Below the pieces are notes generated by a model that was not told the origin of the DNA, did no database searches, and saw only the letters and a program-made list of their open reading frames with translations. From NCBI GenBank assembly GCA_000708835.1, contig DF237459.1:1-64000 (forward strand): 64,000 bases of DNA, given 5' to 3'. A program made the translations under genes and the position numbers. Numbering within the stretch: position 1 is the first letter of the stretch; every line of letters starts with the position of its first letter. Below, one piece after another: positions 1 through 12,900 of the stretch. Origin of the DNA: Klebsormidium nitens (taxonomy: Eukaryota; Plantae; Klebsormidiophyceae).

Positions 1-574
1 ATGACAAGACTCGACCACTTCGTAGCGAAACTGCTAGCATGATGCCTTCAAATGATCCACAGCGTCACGTATTCGTTGAACATACGTCGCGGGTCACTGT
101 CTGCTAAGTCGGAAATGTAGCTGTTATGTGCATGTGACTCCCCGATTCCCGGCCGGGCGGTCAAATATAGGTCTGATTAAATGTATATCAGCTACATTCG
201 CGGATCAACATACATGCATCATGAGACAAACATGACCGATATGACCGTCTGCAAATAAATGGAATACAGGATTGAAAGAGGACGGTTTGAGTAGGACGGT
301 CTATATAACCCGGGCAAACATTGACACCTCAATTCTGCGTTATCATGCATTCAATGGTTGATCACAACCTATATGCCTGGAAACGGGATTGCATGCGAAA
401 GCCTTGAGAAACGCCGACGACGTTGGCAGTGAGCATGCTACTTTTGCACGGCGAGCTGAGCGCCCACGAAAAACATTGCAAGCATGGGCAACAGACAGAC
501 GCCTATACAAAAGGATGGGCGCGGTTGGTTATGCCGATGTTACTCGGCATGATCGGGTGCCTGGGGGACTGATG

Positions 575-646
575 AGGTCCCACCGAGAATTGAACTCGGG
601 CATTTGGATTCAGAGTCCAACATCATAACCGCTAGATCATGGGACC
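575..646 (-). tRNA. trnQ-CUG: tRNA-Gln, anticodon CUG
   Basis: Reverse complement reads GGTCCCA TG ATC TAGCGGTTAT GAT G TTGGA CT-CTG-AA TCCAA ATGC CCGAG TTCAATT CTCGG TGGGACC T. All four stems pair, discriminator is U, a TTTT terminator lies ~60 nt downstream (509-512) and a TATA-like tract ~30 nt upstream. Confidence 0.9.
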
Positions 647-671
647 GCGGTGGCCTCGCCAGCGGGTTTTC

Positions 672-688
672 AATATATAACCCTATAA
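672..688. promoter_or_regulatory. TATA-like tract between the divergent tRNA-Gln and ATM3 genes
   Basis: aatatataaccctataa lies ~30 nt upstream of the tRNA (minus strand) and ~230 nt upstream of the ATM3 ATG (plus strand). Function is inferred from position only. Confidence 0.35.
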
Positions 689-908
689 GGCAAGAGCCAT
701 TTGCCCGGCCATGCTTCAAGTTTTACCTGCATGCATGCGCCGGCGGTCTGTGTCCTTGTCAAATTCCTGTGAAAAGGTCCCTTTCCATGGCTCCACAGTA
801 CCGTAGTCTTTGAAGTTTGATGAGTTGTTGGAGGAAGCTGGGAGATAGTGAACTTTTTTCAGGATGTCAGCAGTTGGAAGGTAGTGGTTAATCACGTTGC
901 ATACCAGT

Positions 909-3900
909 ATGGATCGAGCTGCGGCGCTCATCTTGCGCCTTTCCAGGCAAGGGAAGGCGATCACTGCTATTGATGCATGCGGGGCCAATGCTCCCAAGGG
1001 GGAGGGTGTCAGGGATCTTCTGAGCACTCAGATTGAGCATCTTTCTCACTGGGTGAGTGGTGCCAATGATCCGCACATCCCAACATGAACAGACTGCATG
1101 GATTGATACCAAAATGCTATGCAGAGTAAAATCAGTGGAAGTTTGCCGGATCTTGCGTGTGCAAGGACGAGGTCAAAAAACACTTGAAATAGATTCATCT
1201 GCCAGCATCTTTGTGGGTGACACTAAATAAGAGACTACAGATCCATAATCACCAACATTTTGAGGCTTCGGGCTTAGGATCGAGTACAAGCATCACCGAT
1301 CAGCAATCGAGCTCCTCTTTCAATTGAAGCATGTTAATCAGATGGAGCACCACCGCTATCATCTTTTATCACTGCACCACTATTTTGACTACCAGATCAT
1401 CTTCGCTATTGAACAAAATAGATCACCGCTCAAAGTTCTGATTAAACAATATTCAGGTTGAAATTTTTTCAGGTTACCCTACACAGTAGCACCATAAACG
1501 TCCTTTAACTTCTGCAAAGAGTACAGTTGGAAAGGAACGAAAGGAAAGGCAAAGAAAATGGCCCCTTGAGATACAATTCTTTGCTTTGACTTGTGCGGTA
1601 TCGTCCACAGCAGACAGCGACTTTATGGTCACCAAGGATTGTCTTTGGGTTACACTTTTTCTGTTTGATTTTGATAAAGAAGTTTGTCGTAAATTCTTGC
1701 AGGTCCGTGCCTCCGCCAGCGGTCTGCCTGCACCATCCCCGCAGCTGCCTCTCCCCCAGACTCAGCTTCAAGACCACTTGCGTTCCAAAGGCAGCCTTTC
1801 AACGCAGAGCCTGAGAAGCTGGACTCCTCTTTCTACCTCATCACTCACACCCCCTCACGGTTTGCTCGCCGCCTCCTGTCTACCACAACCCTCTCTCAGC
1901 ACCTCTAGAGCTTCCTCCGTGCCACTCACTCTACCCAGCAGCTTGCGAATCTTTAGCACGGCTTCCCGAGAGCAAAACGAGGCTGGAAAACCTGCCCCCG
2001 GGAGGGCGGGGCCTGCCGCGGGGGGCAAAGAACGAGTGGGATCGCAGCCCCTTGGAAAGGAGAAGGACCCGGCAGCGGCGAAAGTAGATTCTGAGGAGGA
2101 AAAACCCGTAGCAGATCTACAGATCTTAGGAACGTTGTCAGTGTATCTATGGCCGAAAGACCGGCCCGACTTTAAGCGGCGAGTCGCATTTGCGCTTAGT
2201 CTGCTGGTGGCTTCGAAGGTGAGTTGGGAATGCCGATCTTCGGTCCCTTCCAAAACGCCTCTTGGCATGCTTACTTGATTCACGCTGCTTCGTCCCGTCT
2301 GTGAACACCTCAATCCTACCACACTTGCTTCTTCCCTCTGCTCAGAGAATCCGTATCCTTGAGTGATACATACTAATGGACTTCAAGCTCACTGAATCTG
2401 CAAGTAAGAAAGAAAGATGAAAGAAACGAGATTGTGGTCCTGTGCCCCAGCAAGTGTGCCGTCGCACCCTGGCTAGTGCCGAACTCGCCTCTGTGTCTCT
2501 TGTGGCCATTCATCACTGAATTTTCCCGCTTAGCATATTGATCAGAACCTAAAGACCGCGAAAGATGTTCCGCTGACCTATCAGTCCCCTTAGGACAATC
2601 AAGGGGTCCCGTTCCTGTACAAGTAATCTGTCAATTGAGCCTCCGACGACCTCACTGTCTCCGACCTCCGACAACCTGTGGCCGCTCGATGCGTCCGCTC
2701 CGCATGTGGCGCTTTTGCTTCCTTCTCCAGACCCAATTCTAAAACATACTTTTGGATCCAGTATTTGATCTAATTCAGATGTTAGAACGATTGCCCAAGT
2801 CCAACTTGTAATTTACAGGTTATCAGCGTCCAAGTCCCGTTCCTCTACAAGTACGCGGTCGACGCCCTTTCCGGCCAACCCGCCGTCTCCGACAACCCGT
2901 GGCTCCTTGCTGCGTTCGCATCTCCGGTTGCCCTTCTTGCGAGCTACGGCGTCCTGCGTGCCATGTCGTCACTATCAAACGAGCTTCGGAACGCCGTATT
3001 TGCAAAAGTGGCACAGGGCACGATCCGGGTCGTAGCCAAAAAGGTAAGAAGTTCTGAGTGTTGCAAGGTTCAGGTTGTTGAGGTCCCGACTTTCCGGCTT
3101 CTTTCGCAAGCTACGGCGTTCTGCGCGCCATGTCGTCGATATCAAACGAGCCTCGGAACGCCGTGTTTGCGAAAGTGGCACAGGGCACGATTTGGGTTGT
3201 TGCAAAGAAGGTGAGAAGTACGTAGTTTTGCAAGATTTGGCATGTTGGGGTTCGAACTTTGGGCTTCTTTCGCGAGCTACGGCGTTCTGCGCGCCATGTC
3301 GTTACTATCGGCCGAGCTTCGGAACGCCGAGTTTGCGAAAGTGGCGCAGGGAACGATCCGGGTCGTGGCCAAGAAGGTGAGGGGCTCGGAGTGGTTGAAG
3401 ATTGTAGGAAGTTGAAGCTTCAACGCTTGGCTTTTCCCACGGCTAGGGCGGTTTGCGTGCCAAGTCGTCATTAATAAACGAGCTTTGGAACGCCGTGTTT
3501 GCGAGGGTGACAAAGGGGACAGATTCGGGTCGTCCCCAAAAATGGTTTCCATCAGTATTCTGGCAAGCTACGATCTTTTCTTGGCGCCATATCTCTTTAC
3601 ATCTGGCAAGCTTTTGTCTTTTGTGGCGCCATAAGGGCGTGGTACTTCTGAATGAGCTTTGGGATGCCGTCTTTGAGGTGTCGCAGGAATTCTCCCTGGA
3701 ATGGGAAGCAGATGAGACCTTTTACCCCTTTCAAGGTTTTCAAAACTGCAAAGTTCTTTGTGTTTGGCTCGTCTGAGGAGCGTCGCAAGTTGTCAATGTC
3801 CAAGGAGCTTCACAACCCTGTCTGTGGAAAGGGGGCGACGGGGATGATGCGGTTGGTGAGAATGGGTATAACTGAAGCTCAGTGTTTCAGAAGTTTAGGG

Positions 3901-6900
3901 TCTGTAACTTTCTTGACATATATCCAGTATCCCGGGCCCAATCCAAGGCTGCACCGGTACGAAAGGCTGTTCGTTGTTCGTGAGTCTCTCCCCTCTTGAT
4001 ATTTGCCCAGTTTGTCTCCGCAATTGTCCTCTTGCCAATGAATCCTCTTTGAAAAGCCGTGTGAAACCAGGGCAATTTCTTGTGCTACATTAGACCCTAG
4101 CCGACGATTGGCCCAGCCGCTCGTTAAAGTTGGAGCATCGTCAAGATTGGAGCGATGCAAACAAGAGACGAACGAGGAGGCGGCGAACCGATGGAGCAAA
4201 GTGGACTGATCAAGAAGCCAACTCAGAGATGATTGTTTGGAAGATAGATCGTTGGAAGAGCTCATGTTCCCGCAGGTTTAAGCAAAGGCGAATGAGGAAG
4301 CAGCGAACTGATGAAGCAAACGGCACTGATCAGGGCGCCGATGCATTAGAGAATTGATCAAAGAAGAGTTTACAACCGCAGGTTTTCCTGCACCTTCACA
4401 ACCTAGACCTGACGTACCACCTCAGCCGCCAGACCGGCGCTCTCAGCCGCACGATTGACCGGGGCACGCGCGCCATCAACTTTATCCTTAGCTCCATGGT
4501 GTTCAATATTGTGCCGACATTTTTCGAGGTACGTACTCTCTTTGGAAACGTTGAAGTGGACGGTTCCAGTCCGCCGGATTTCACGGGAGAGTCCGATTCA
4601 TATTGCTCGACACGCTTTTCGTTCCGCCGTACGGTCTCGATGACAATAAGATACTTTTCCTACTTCGTTGGCAGCGGAAAGGCATTCTCGCTTTGCTAGG
4701 TTCGAGGCTCACTAAAATGACGGCTCGTTGTCACAAACGGAAAGAGTCATCGCACCATGTAAGGCTTATACTTCATGGCCAGTTGCATTTTTAAAGAAAA
4801 TTCACTACTTGCGCTGCGCTGGCCTTAACGTGCAAGTTATGACTGCAGACGACGAGGCTTACTTCTGCCGGTTTTACCAACCTGGTAGGCAAGATTTGAT
4901 CAGTAGTAGGCAGAGCTTTGATCGGAAAGGCTGATCTTTTTGCTCTGGCCGTTCTTTATTGCCGTAGAAACGCGAACCCGAGGCTTTGAATCCAAGATCG
5001 GTTCACTCCAAAACGCTCAAATCCCCGATCGTGTAATTCTGCAGATTAGCCTGGTGGCGGGCATTCTGGCTTACAAGTTCGGGGCGCCGTTCGCTTACGT
5101 CACCTGCGGGACTGTTGTCGCATACACCATCTTCACGCTCGTCGTAACACAGGTGAGCGTCCGCGCTTTCAGACTTCTTGACATGTCTTAAGTAAAGCGT
5201 CCGAACAGCACGCGACGTCCGAACCCTATGTGGCTCGGAGGACTGTCGCCGTAAGCACCAGCTAGCACGCCGTTACAGAAGACTTTCGCCAGGCTCGATG
5301 ATATCTGAAAGGCTGTAGGAAAGCTTTCCGAAAAGCGCACGTTTAAAATTAGATTGTGTCCAAGGTATGCTAAGTCAGGCGAGGCGACCAAGAGTCATCC
5401 GATGTGCAAAGTGTTCGACAAGTTCCTGAGATGATACTAGACATCGAAAGACGCATGGAAATCCCAGACTTTGGAAGAATGTCCGAGAGAGGTCATCGGA
5501 CAATGTTTGGATGGCGCTGGCCTTTCTTGTTATGTACGGCAGTCACGGAAACACAGTTCATAAGCAGCCCAGATTGAGCGTCACTACTCGTTGGTTGCCT
5601 CATAACTCGCTCAGCTGGACACGGCGTGCTGGTTCTGAAGAATGAACTCTTCTGGAAGACCGGGGCTGGGTCGAAACCTTCTCATCCACCCCGCCAGGAG
5701 ACGATTACCCCCGAAAGTACTTGGGAAGAGATCGAGAGAATGTGCCTACCTGAGAGAAAGAGGTCCTAGCGGATCGCGTGACAAGGAACTGTCTACTTTT
5801 GCAGTGGCGCACGAAGTTCCGGCAGCAAATGAACGCGGCCGATAACCTGTCGAGCTCCCGCGCCATTGACTCTCTCATCAACTACGAGGTACGTCTTGAA
5901 TGTAATTCACGCCTCCAGTCTTCGCACGTCTTTTTCCGCCTTGCCTTTCTCGTCTCTCTCGTTGCTCCTCTCTCCACAAGGCACCTTGCAAGAGCCTCCA
6001 TTTTGCTTGCGTCAAGGTTCTCGCTTCCTTTGACTGCGGGATGTTGACCAGAAACCCGTGAAGGTGGCGACGTTAGCAAGCGTCTGGGACTACCCGACTT
6101 TTCGATATCCATTGGGTTAGATCCTTGGTAGATCAAGAAAATATGGAAGAATTCGTGCAACGCGTTGGTACAGAGACCCACCAGACTAGCTCGACGATGT
6201 TGCAGGTTTGATTCTTGCTATGCAGCGTCGGATGACTGCTCTTCGCAATTCAGAAGCGTACTTCCGGACCGCACTAAAGTAAATCCGCATTTATCGAAGA
6301 CGCCTTTCGACTTCTGGAGACCGTCAAGTACTTCAACAACGAGCAGGACAAAGGCAGTTGAATTCGATCAAACACAAATCACTATGCATCCAGAACAAAG
6401 CGCGCGTCTCTGTTTCTACGGACGTCAGGACTTCGACAACGAGCAGAGCGATGACTTCTGAATGTTTGCAATTTGGTTCTAATTCAAAAACGGGCGAGCT
6501 TCCGCTTCTGCAGACTGTCAAGTACTTCAATAACGAACAGCACGAAGCCAGGCGCTATGGCAGTTGCCTAGAAGAGCACAAGTCGAAATTTCTTGCGCGT
6601 TCGTATGACTGCTCTCAACAATCCTCACTTTTCGACAGCTATATATCGGTTCGTAATCATTAATGACGCCTTTCCACGTCTGCAGACTGTCAAGTACTTC
6701 AACAACGAGCAGCACGAAGCCAGGCGCTACGACAAGTGCTTGGAAGAGTACGAGGCGGCCGCTCTCAAGACGCAGAGCAGCCTTTCCGGGCTCAACTTCG
6801 GGCAGAACCTGATATTCAGTGGAGCGCTTTCCGGAGCCATGATCATGTGCGCGCAGGGCGTGCAAAACGGGACCATGACCATAGGAGATTTGGTAAGATC

Positions 6901-9900
6901 TGCATTTGCAGAAAAAGTCGATTTTTTCTAGGCTTTAACTTTCGAGGTTTTGTATGTCGACTGGGTGGGTTTCTGAAGAGCCTCGCTCAGCGGAGCGCTG
7001 TCGGGAGCCATGGTTATTGTTGCGTGGCGCGTGCGAAAAGGGACTATGGCCATTGAGGATTTGGCAAGATTCTGAATAATTTGTGCTTGAGTCAGGTGTT
7101 GGCGCTTGAGAAATCATCACTCCGCTTGGTTTTTCCAAGAGAGAGCCTCACATCCAAGGGGAGGAATCAGACCGCTGACGGGCTGAACTCAAATGTGGTG
7201 TCCGGTCAAACGGGCGGCTCTTCCAGCTGTCCATGCCGCTGTTTCTGGATCCTTGAACCCTGAAACTCCCAAATCCTGAAAAGTGGTAAAGCTCCTCGAC
7301 AACAAACGGAAGGAGCAGGCTGCAAACGGGCTGGACATTTCTCTCAGTGGACCGGCTGCTGTTCCAGCTGACCATGCCCTTGCGCTTAAAACCCAAAACC
7401 TCAAGACGAGAAACTGGCAAAGATTGACACTTAACGGAAGGTTCAGACTCTTAACTGGCTGGTTTCCGTTTTGGTGTCAGGTTATGGTGAACGGACTGCT
7501 GTTCCAGCTGTCCATGCCGCTCAACTTCCTCGGGAGCGTCTACCGGGAGACACGGCAGAGCCTGATCGACATGCAGTCCATGTTCTCGTTATTGCAAGTA
7601 AGTAGATACTTCATATCATTTATTCGAGGGTATACTCTTGCAAATTACTCCAGGCTCTCGGCGTGAAGCGAAAGGTTCTCCTTGGAACGAAAGGCTGTCT
7701 CTTAAATCCTTACTGACCCTGCCTCCAGCCGTTTGATCAGTAGTTGAAGACCGAATTTCGCCCCCAACAGAGCATGGTCTGTCCTCACGCTGATTCGGAT
7801 CACAGAAGCTGGAAATTGAAGATTTAGACTGAAAGACACCAGCAGTCCACCGTTGAATCTTGCATCGATGGGAATTTTTGTTCCTTACCGCCCTGAAATG
7901 TTCGAGATCTTTGTGCAACTGTCCGACCGTGTCCTTCGATGAGTCTGTTGAAATCAGTCAGGTCCGTTAGTTTGCAAAACGGAAGCTCAACCTTTTTGGA
8001 GGTTGGCTCCTTTTCTATATCCAAAGGGACCTTTCGGTCCGGAGCGATCGAGTGCCTTGGCCTCAATCCCTGGCGGCACCATCGGCTTTTTCAACGCCAA
8101 CTTTGGGTACCCTCAGAAGACGATCCTGGGCCATGTCTCTTTGAGGGCTTTGTAAGGCAAATTCCGTTTACAAATGGACGCCTGGTTCCGCCAGGATGTG
8201 CCAAATTGGATCTTCGTTTCCAGATCAATCAAGCCGTTGCTTGGGAAAGGACTGACCCTCGGAAGTGACTCCGTCTGGCGCCGCCATCGCCTTTCATTAT
8301 CCAATACGGCGAGCTTTTCTGCAAAAAAATGCGATCTATCATCGGACGTCTGGAAAGGTAATTAGAGCTGATGGCGCTACTAGACAGGTTGCAAGGTAGT
8401 GCCTTTGGTTTCTTCTGCACCAAAGGCTCGATTCAGTCACGGCAAAACTGCCATCTCAGGTGGAACATCAAAAAAGGTGGAGCATGATTGTGCTTGTTGA
8501 CGGACCAACGCTCCAACAAAGCTGTCAAACTCTAGAAACGGTCTCTTGGCGAGGGTACTCATTTCTGACGTCGTTGGAACCCCACCTTCAAAATTCCTCC
8601 TCCAACCAGATCGAGCCTTCGGTCGGGAGTGCCAGACCGTCACGCCCCTCAACCTCTCCGGTGACGCCATTAGCTTCAGTGACGTCAATTTCTGGTCCTC
8701 TCCTAAAGCACGACTCTAGAGCACGTCTCTTTCAAGGTGAAACTCGGCAATCAGTTTGCAAAGTCTTATGCCCCTGTCTTTTCCAACCAGATCGAGCCCT
8801 CGGTTCAAGAGCGGCCAAACGCAACCCCCCTCAACCTCTCCGGCAGCGCAATCAGCTTCAACGACGTCAAATTCGGGTACCTTCCCGAGCGGCCCATCTT
8901 GGACCACGTGTCCTTCGAGGTGCCAGCTGGCAAGAGCCTCGCGATCGTGGGCACTAGCGGGAGCGGCAAGTCGACCATCTTGCGGCTGCTGTACCGGTTC
9001 TTCGACGCGGAGCAGGGGGCCGTGAGTCGTATTTCCATTCTCTTTTTTTGCTTCTGTCCTTGCTTTTGTGGGTAAGGGTTTTGGTCCAAAAACTTTCCGC
9101 TTTACTGTGGGTTTGGGTTTTGATTTAGTTTGTTTACCGTGCCATCTCAGTAGTCTCTTGGGAACTGGCCAGACCGGCACGTCGACCGATTTGCGCCAGC
9201 TGGACCGCCTGTTTGAGGCGGGACAGGGAATTGGAAATTGACTATCGAGAACTCGCGTTGTTTGCAAGTGTCTTGATTTCGTATTCTCCTTGCAAACGTT
9301 CTTGTACTTCTCCCATTCTTTCACCTTAAAACTGTCCGACTTGTACGTCCATTCCAAGGCTGATAGTCGGCCAGACGCTTCCCTTGCGACTTGACTGTTG
9401 CCGAAATATTTTCCAACCTTTCTCCCCGTGATTCAAGGCGACGGCCACAACGTTAGGTAGAGTACATTTCGAAGCCTGCGCAAGTCTGTCAGGGCCTTCG
9501 ATTTCTGTATGTCCTCATTTGAGGTGAAGAAACGGCGGCAAAATGTTCTCTCATATCCGGATCGATGGCCGGTAGCATGAAACCCGGTACACAAATGACC
9601 CCCGTAGGTCTATACTAGTCGTCTCGAGACCTGAAGCGATGGCCAGGATCTTTCCTTGCAGGTCCGCATCGACGACTGTAAAGCACTCAAATCACAATCC
9701 AGCGCAACTCTATGCTGCTTGTCTCGAGGATTGAACCAACGGCCTGATCTTTCCTCGCAGGTTCGAATCGACGGCCAGGACGTGAAGGACGTCACGCTGG
9801 ACAGCTTGCGGAGATCCATTGGGGTGGTTCCGCAGGACACCGTTCTGTTCAATGACACGATCTTTTACAACATCCAGTACGGACGCCCGAATGCTTCCGT

Positions 9901-12900
9901 TGGTGAGGCCATGCACTCCTTGCACACCGAAACATTTCGCTATGCCTGTTACGCCGCGCCTGTGTTTTTGGGGTATTGTCAACGGTTGGTGTCAAAAGAT
10001 TCTTTGGCGCTTAAGCTTGGTAGATCAGTAGACCCCGCAATTCGTTGCGGATCCACTGTGGTTTGTCATCATCACAGAGGCTTCTTTTGTGGTTGAGAAT
10101 GTATCTGACTCATTGTGCGTCAAGCCGGAGTGGCCCCTTGCTACGCTTGAGACGGCTTCGGATCCTTGCATCTTCCAACGGGAACTGTAAATGCACCTTG
10201 GACCCGTCTCTACGTCCCTACCGTTTGGTCGACGCGGTCCAAGCGCTTGAACTCACAGCTTTTGCACTAAAGGATTGTTAAAGATTGCTTGTCTTATGAT
10301 ATTCTGAAGTAGCGATAGGGCTCTCTTAAACTTTAGCAAAAGCTTGAACTTCCGAGGACCCTGTACCCGTCTCGGCCGGGGGTGCAGGGAAATCAGTTTT
10401 CATTCTTGAAGAAATGAAGCCTCATGCTTCGCTTTGTGTACTCTTGTTTTAGTTTCGTTGTCTTTTTCTTAAAAATCTTTACTTTCTGTATGATTTTTCC
10501 CTTTATGTTTGCTATGATCATCTGATCCATAACGGATTCCCGTGCAGAGGATGTGTACAACGCTGCTCGCCAAGCTGCCATCCACAACGCAATCATGGCG
10601 ATGCCGGCAGGGTATCAAACAAAAGTGGGGGAGCGGGGCTTGAAGGTGGTTCGTTTGCAAACGTCGTTCCATCTTCGCAGCAGGACTTTGAATCCAAGCT
10701 GAGAAGCTTCTTTGTGGTTCGAGTTGTTCCCCTTACAGCACTCCTCAGACTGCTTGGCAAGTGAAAGAAGGTTCGAATATCAAGAGATGAGTGGATGTTA
10801 CGCAACACTTTGCATACCGCAACAAGTTTGTTTGTAAGGGATACGAAGGGATATGAAGCAACCGGGGTCGGAGGTCTGTCCACTGAGGAGTGTCTGGGCG
10901 CTGAAACTGCCCTTCAAGAAAGAAATTCCACACCATGTTTTCAAGCGTGCTTCACATCTCTTATTGCAGCACCTTCTTGTCTCGGTGTTGTTTCTCATTC
11001 GAGAATCTGCGAAACTACGTACAACCGGTTTTGTTCAGGGCCTGCATGCGGTATCTGAAACTCTCAGTTTAAACACCTGTCAATTGCCGGTTCTCCTTGT
11101 CTCCTTTCTATGCTTCTGTACTGTGAGTATCTGCTCACTGCTGAATGAAAGTGACTCGCAGACCAGGCTTTTCTTAAGGGGCTCGAGCGCAATGATTATG
11201 GCCCTGCCAGAGCTGCCTAGCGCTCGTCTTCTCTACGCAGCTTATCAATGTGACAGCGTTATTTTGCAAGAACGATTTGTATGGTTGATCGTCGAACACC
11301 CTGTCGCACTCACAGAAAGCTTGTCCCCAAACCTGACGCTCCTTGCTCAAAAAGAGTCTGCGTTAATGTGTTGTGTGTTTTTCTTGTGGTATGAGCGGCG
11401 GGGAGAGAGCAGTTCGTGATTGATTATAGACAAAAGAAAACCTCAAACCTTCACTTAACCAGCATGGGTTAACGAACATTTGACGAGCTCAAGTTGATGA
11501 GCTTCATGCGAGGTCCCGCAGAGCGGACAGATTACTATGACTTACTGACCTCAGGAATCCATCTAAAACGTACTGACCTCAGGAGTTCATCTAACGAGCT
11601 TGGCTAACGAGCACTTGACGAGCTTGGGTTGAAAAGCCATGTGCCTGCTCTTGCACTTGAGCGACGGGGAGAAACAGCGGGTCGATGATGACGCCTACAC
11701 GTTCTAGTTTTTTGCTCAACAGGCTTGGTTCAATGAGCCTTAATAAGCTCGAATCAAACGAGTGTTATCATCTCCCTGCAGTTGAGCGGTGGGGAGAAGC
11801 AGCGGGTAGCCCTAGCGAGGGCCTTCCTCAAGTCTCCCAAAATACTGTGAGCACCGCCTGCGTCATCCGGAAGACGAAAAGTGACATCCTAAATATAGGA
11901 TCCCATAGAGTCCTACGTATTGTGCTTCAGCACCTCAACGTAACCTGTTGCTGTGTGGTTGACATCGGCAATATGCACAACTTTGCACTCCCTCATGGTC
12001 TGTTGCGTTAGCTTCCTGCCTTCCTGTATTGAGCTGTTTTGTCTCCTTGAACAGGGCTTTGCGATTATTGCCCTGACTAACGTTGGCAGAACTTGAAATC
12101 TAGATTGAGCGGCCACCAATCGAAAGAGTCCGCTTCCATCATTTCAACTCTATTGTAAGCCAGTCGCTGAATTCACAAGAACATCATCATTGACCAAGAA
12201 CCATAGATACCTTTTGATTCTAAGCAAACAGCCCATGGAAGCAGACAGCTCCCTTTCTTGATACGATTTTGCGAACGTGCTAATCGACCTTTGCGCCGTC
12301 CTCGTTTGTCAGGTGATTCGATGAAGGTGTCCATCCTCTCCACCTTTCTTTCGTGTTTTAAGCCATCCACAAATCGAAGCATTTACCAAACACTAGAAGT
12401 GCCAATTGATCTCAAGAAACAGCCCACAAAAGATGTCATCATACCTGCTGAACGACCTATGCCCCATCCTCGGCTGGCAGGTTATGCGACGAAGCAACGA
12501 GCGCGCTCGACAGCACGACGGAGGCCGAAATCCTGTCGGCGCTCCGTCAGCTTGCGCAAAACCGGACGTCCGTTTTCATCGCGCACCGACTAACCACTGC
12601 AATGACCTGCGACGAGGTGCGCTTTTGATGTTGCTAACATGCAGTACTTCGTACTTATAATACTTGGTCCGACTTTCCCTCTTTGGCTCTTGGTCTTCGC
12701 CCACTCGTCCTTTTGGGCAGGTGCTCGACACAAACTCCTCGGTCTCGTTCTTCCCTAGCTCAGCGTGCACGATATGTAAGATTCCGTTAGCGACAATAAA
12801 GGTAGATGGATCGTTGTTAGAAGCTCGTTCAGAGACACCGGTCCAACGAGGCTCCCTTTCTTTCGCGACGGACACCCGTCAACAGAAGCCAGAACTGAAG

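Noticed and set aside
716-1027. 103-aa minus-strand ORF
   Set aside because: Antisense shadow of ATM3 exon 1 (909-1052); no recognisable motif.
1586-1702. In-frame 5' extension of ATM3 exon 2 as the gene start
   Set aside because: T-rich and ends in TTCTTGCAG like an intron 3' end; a phase-compatible exon 1 with a GTGAGT donor exists at 909-1052.
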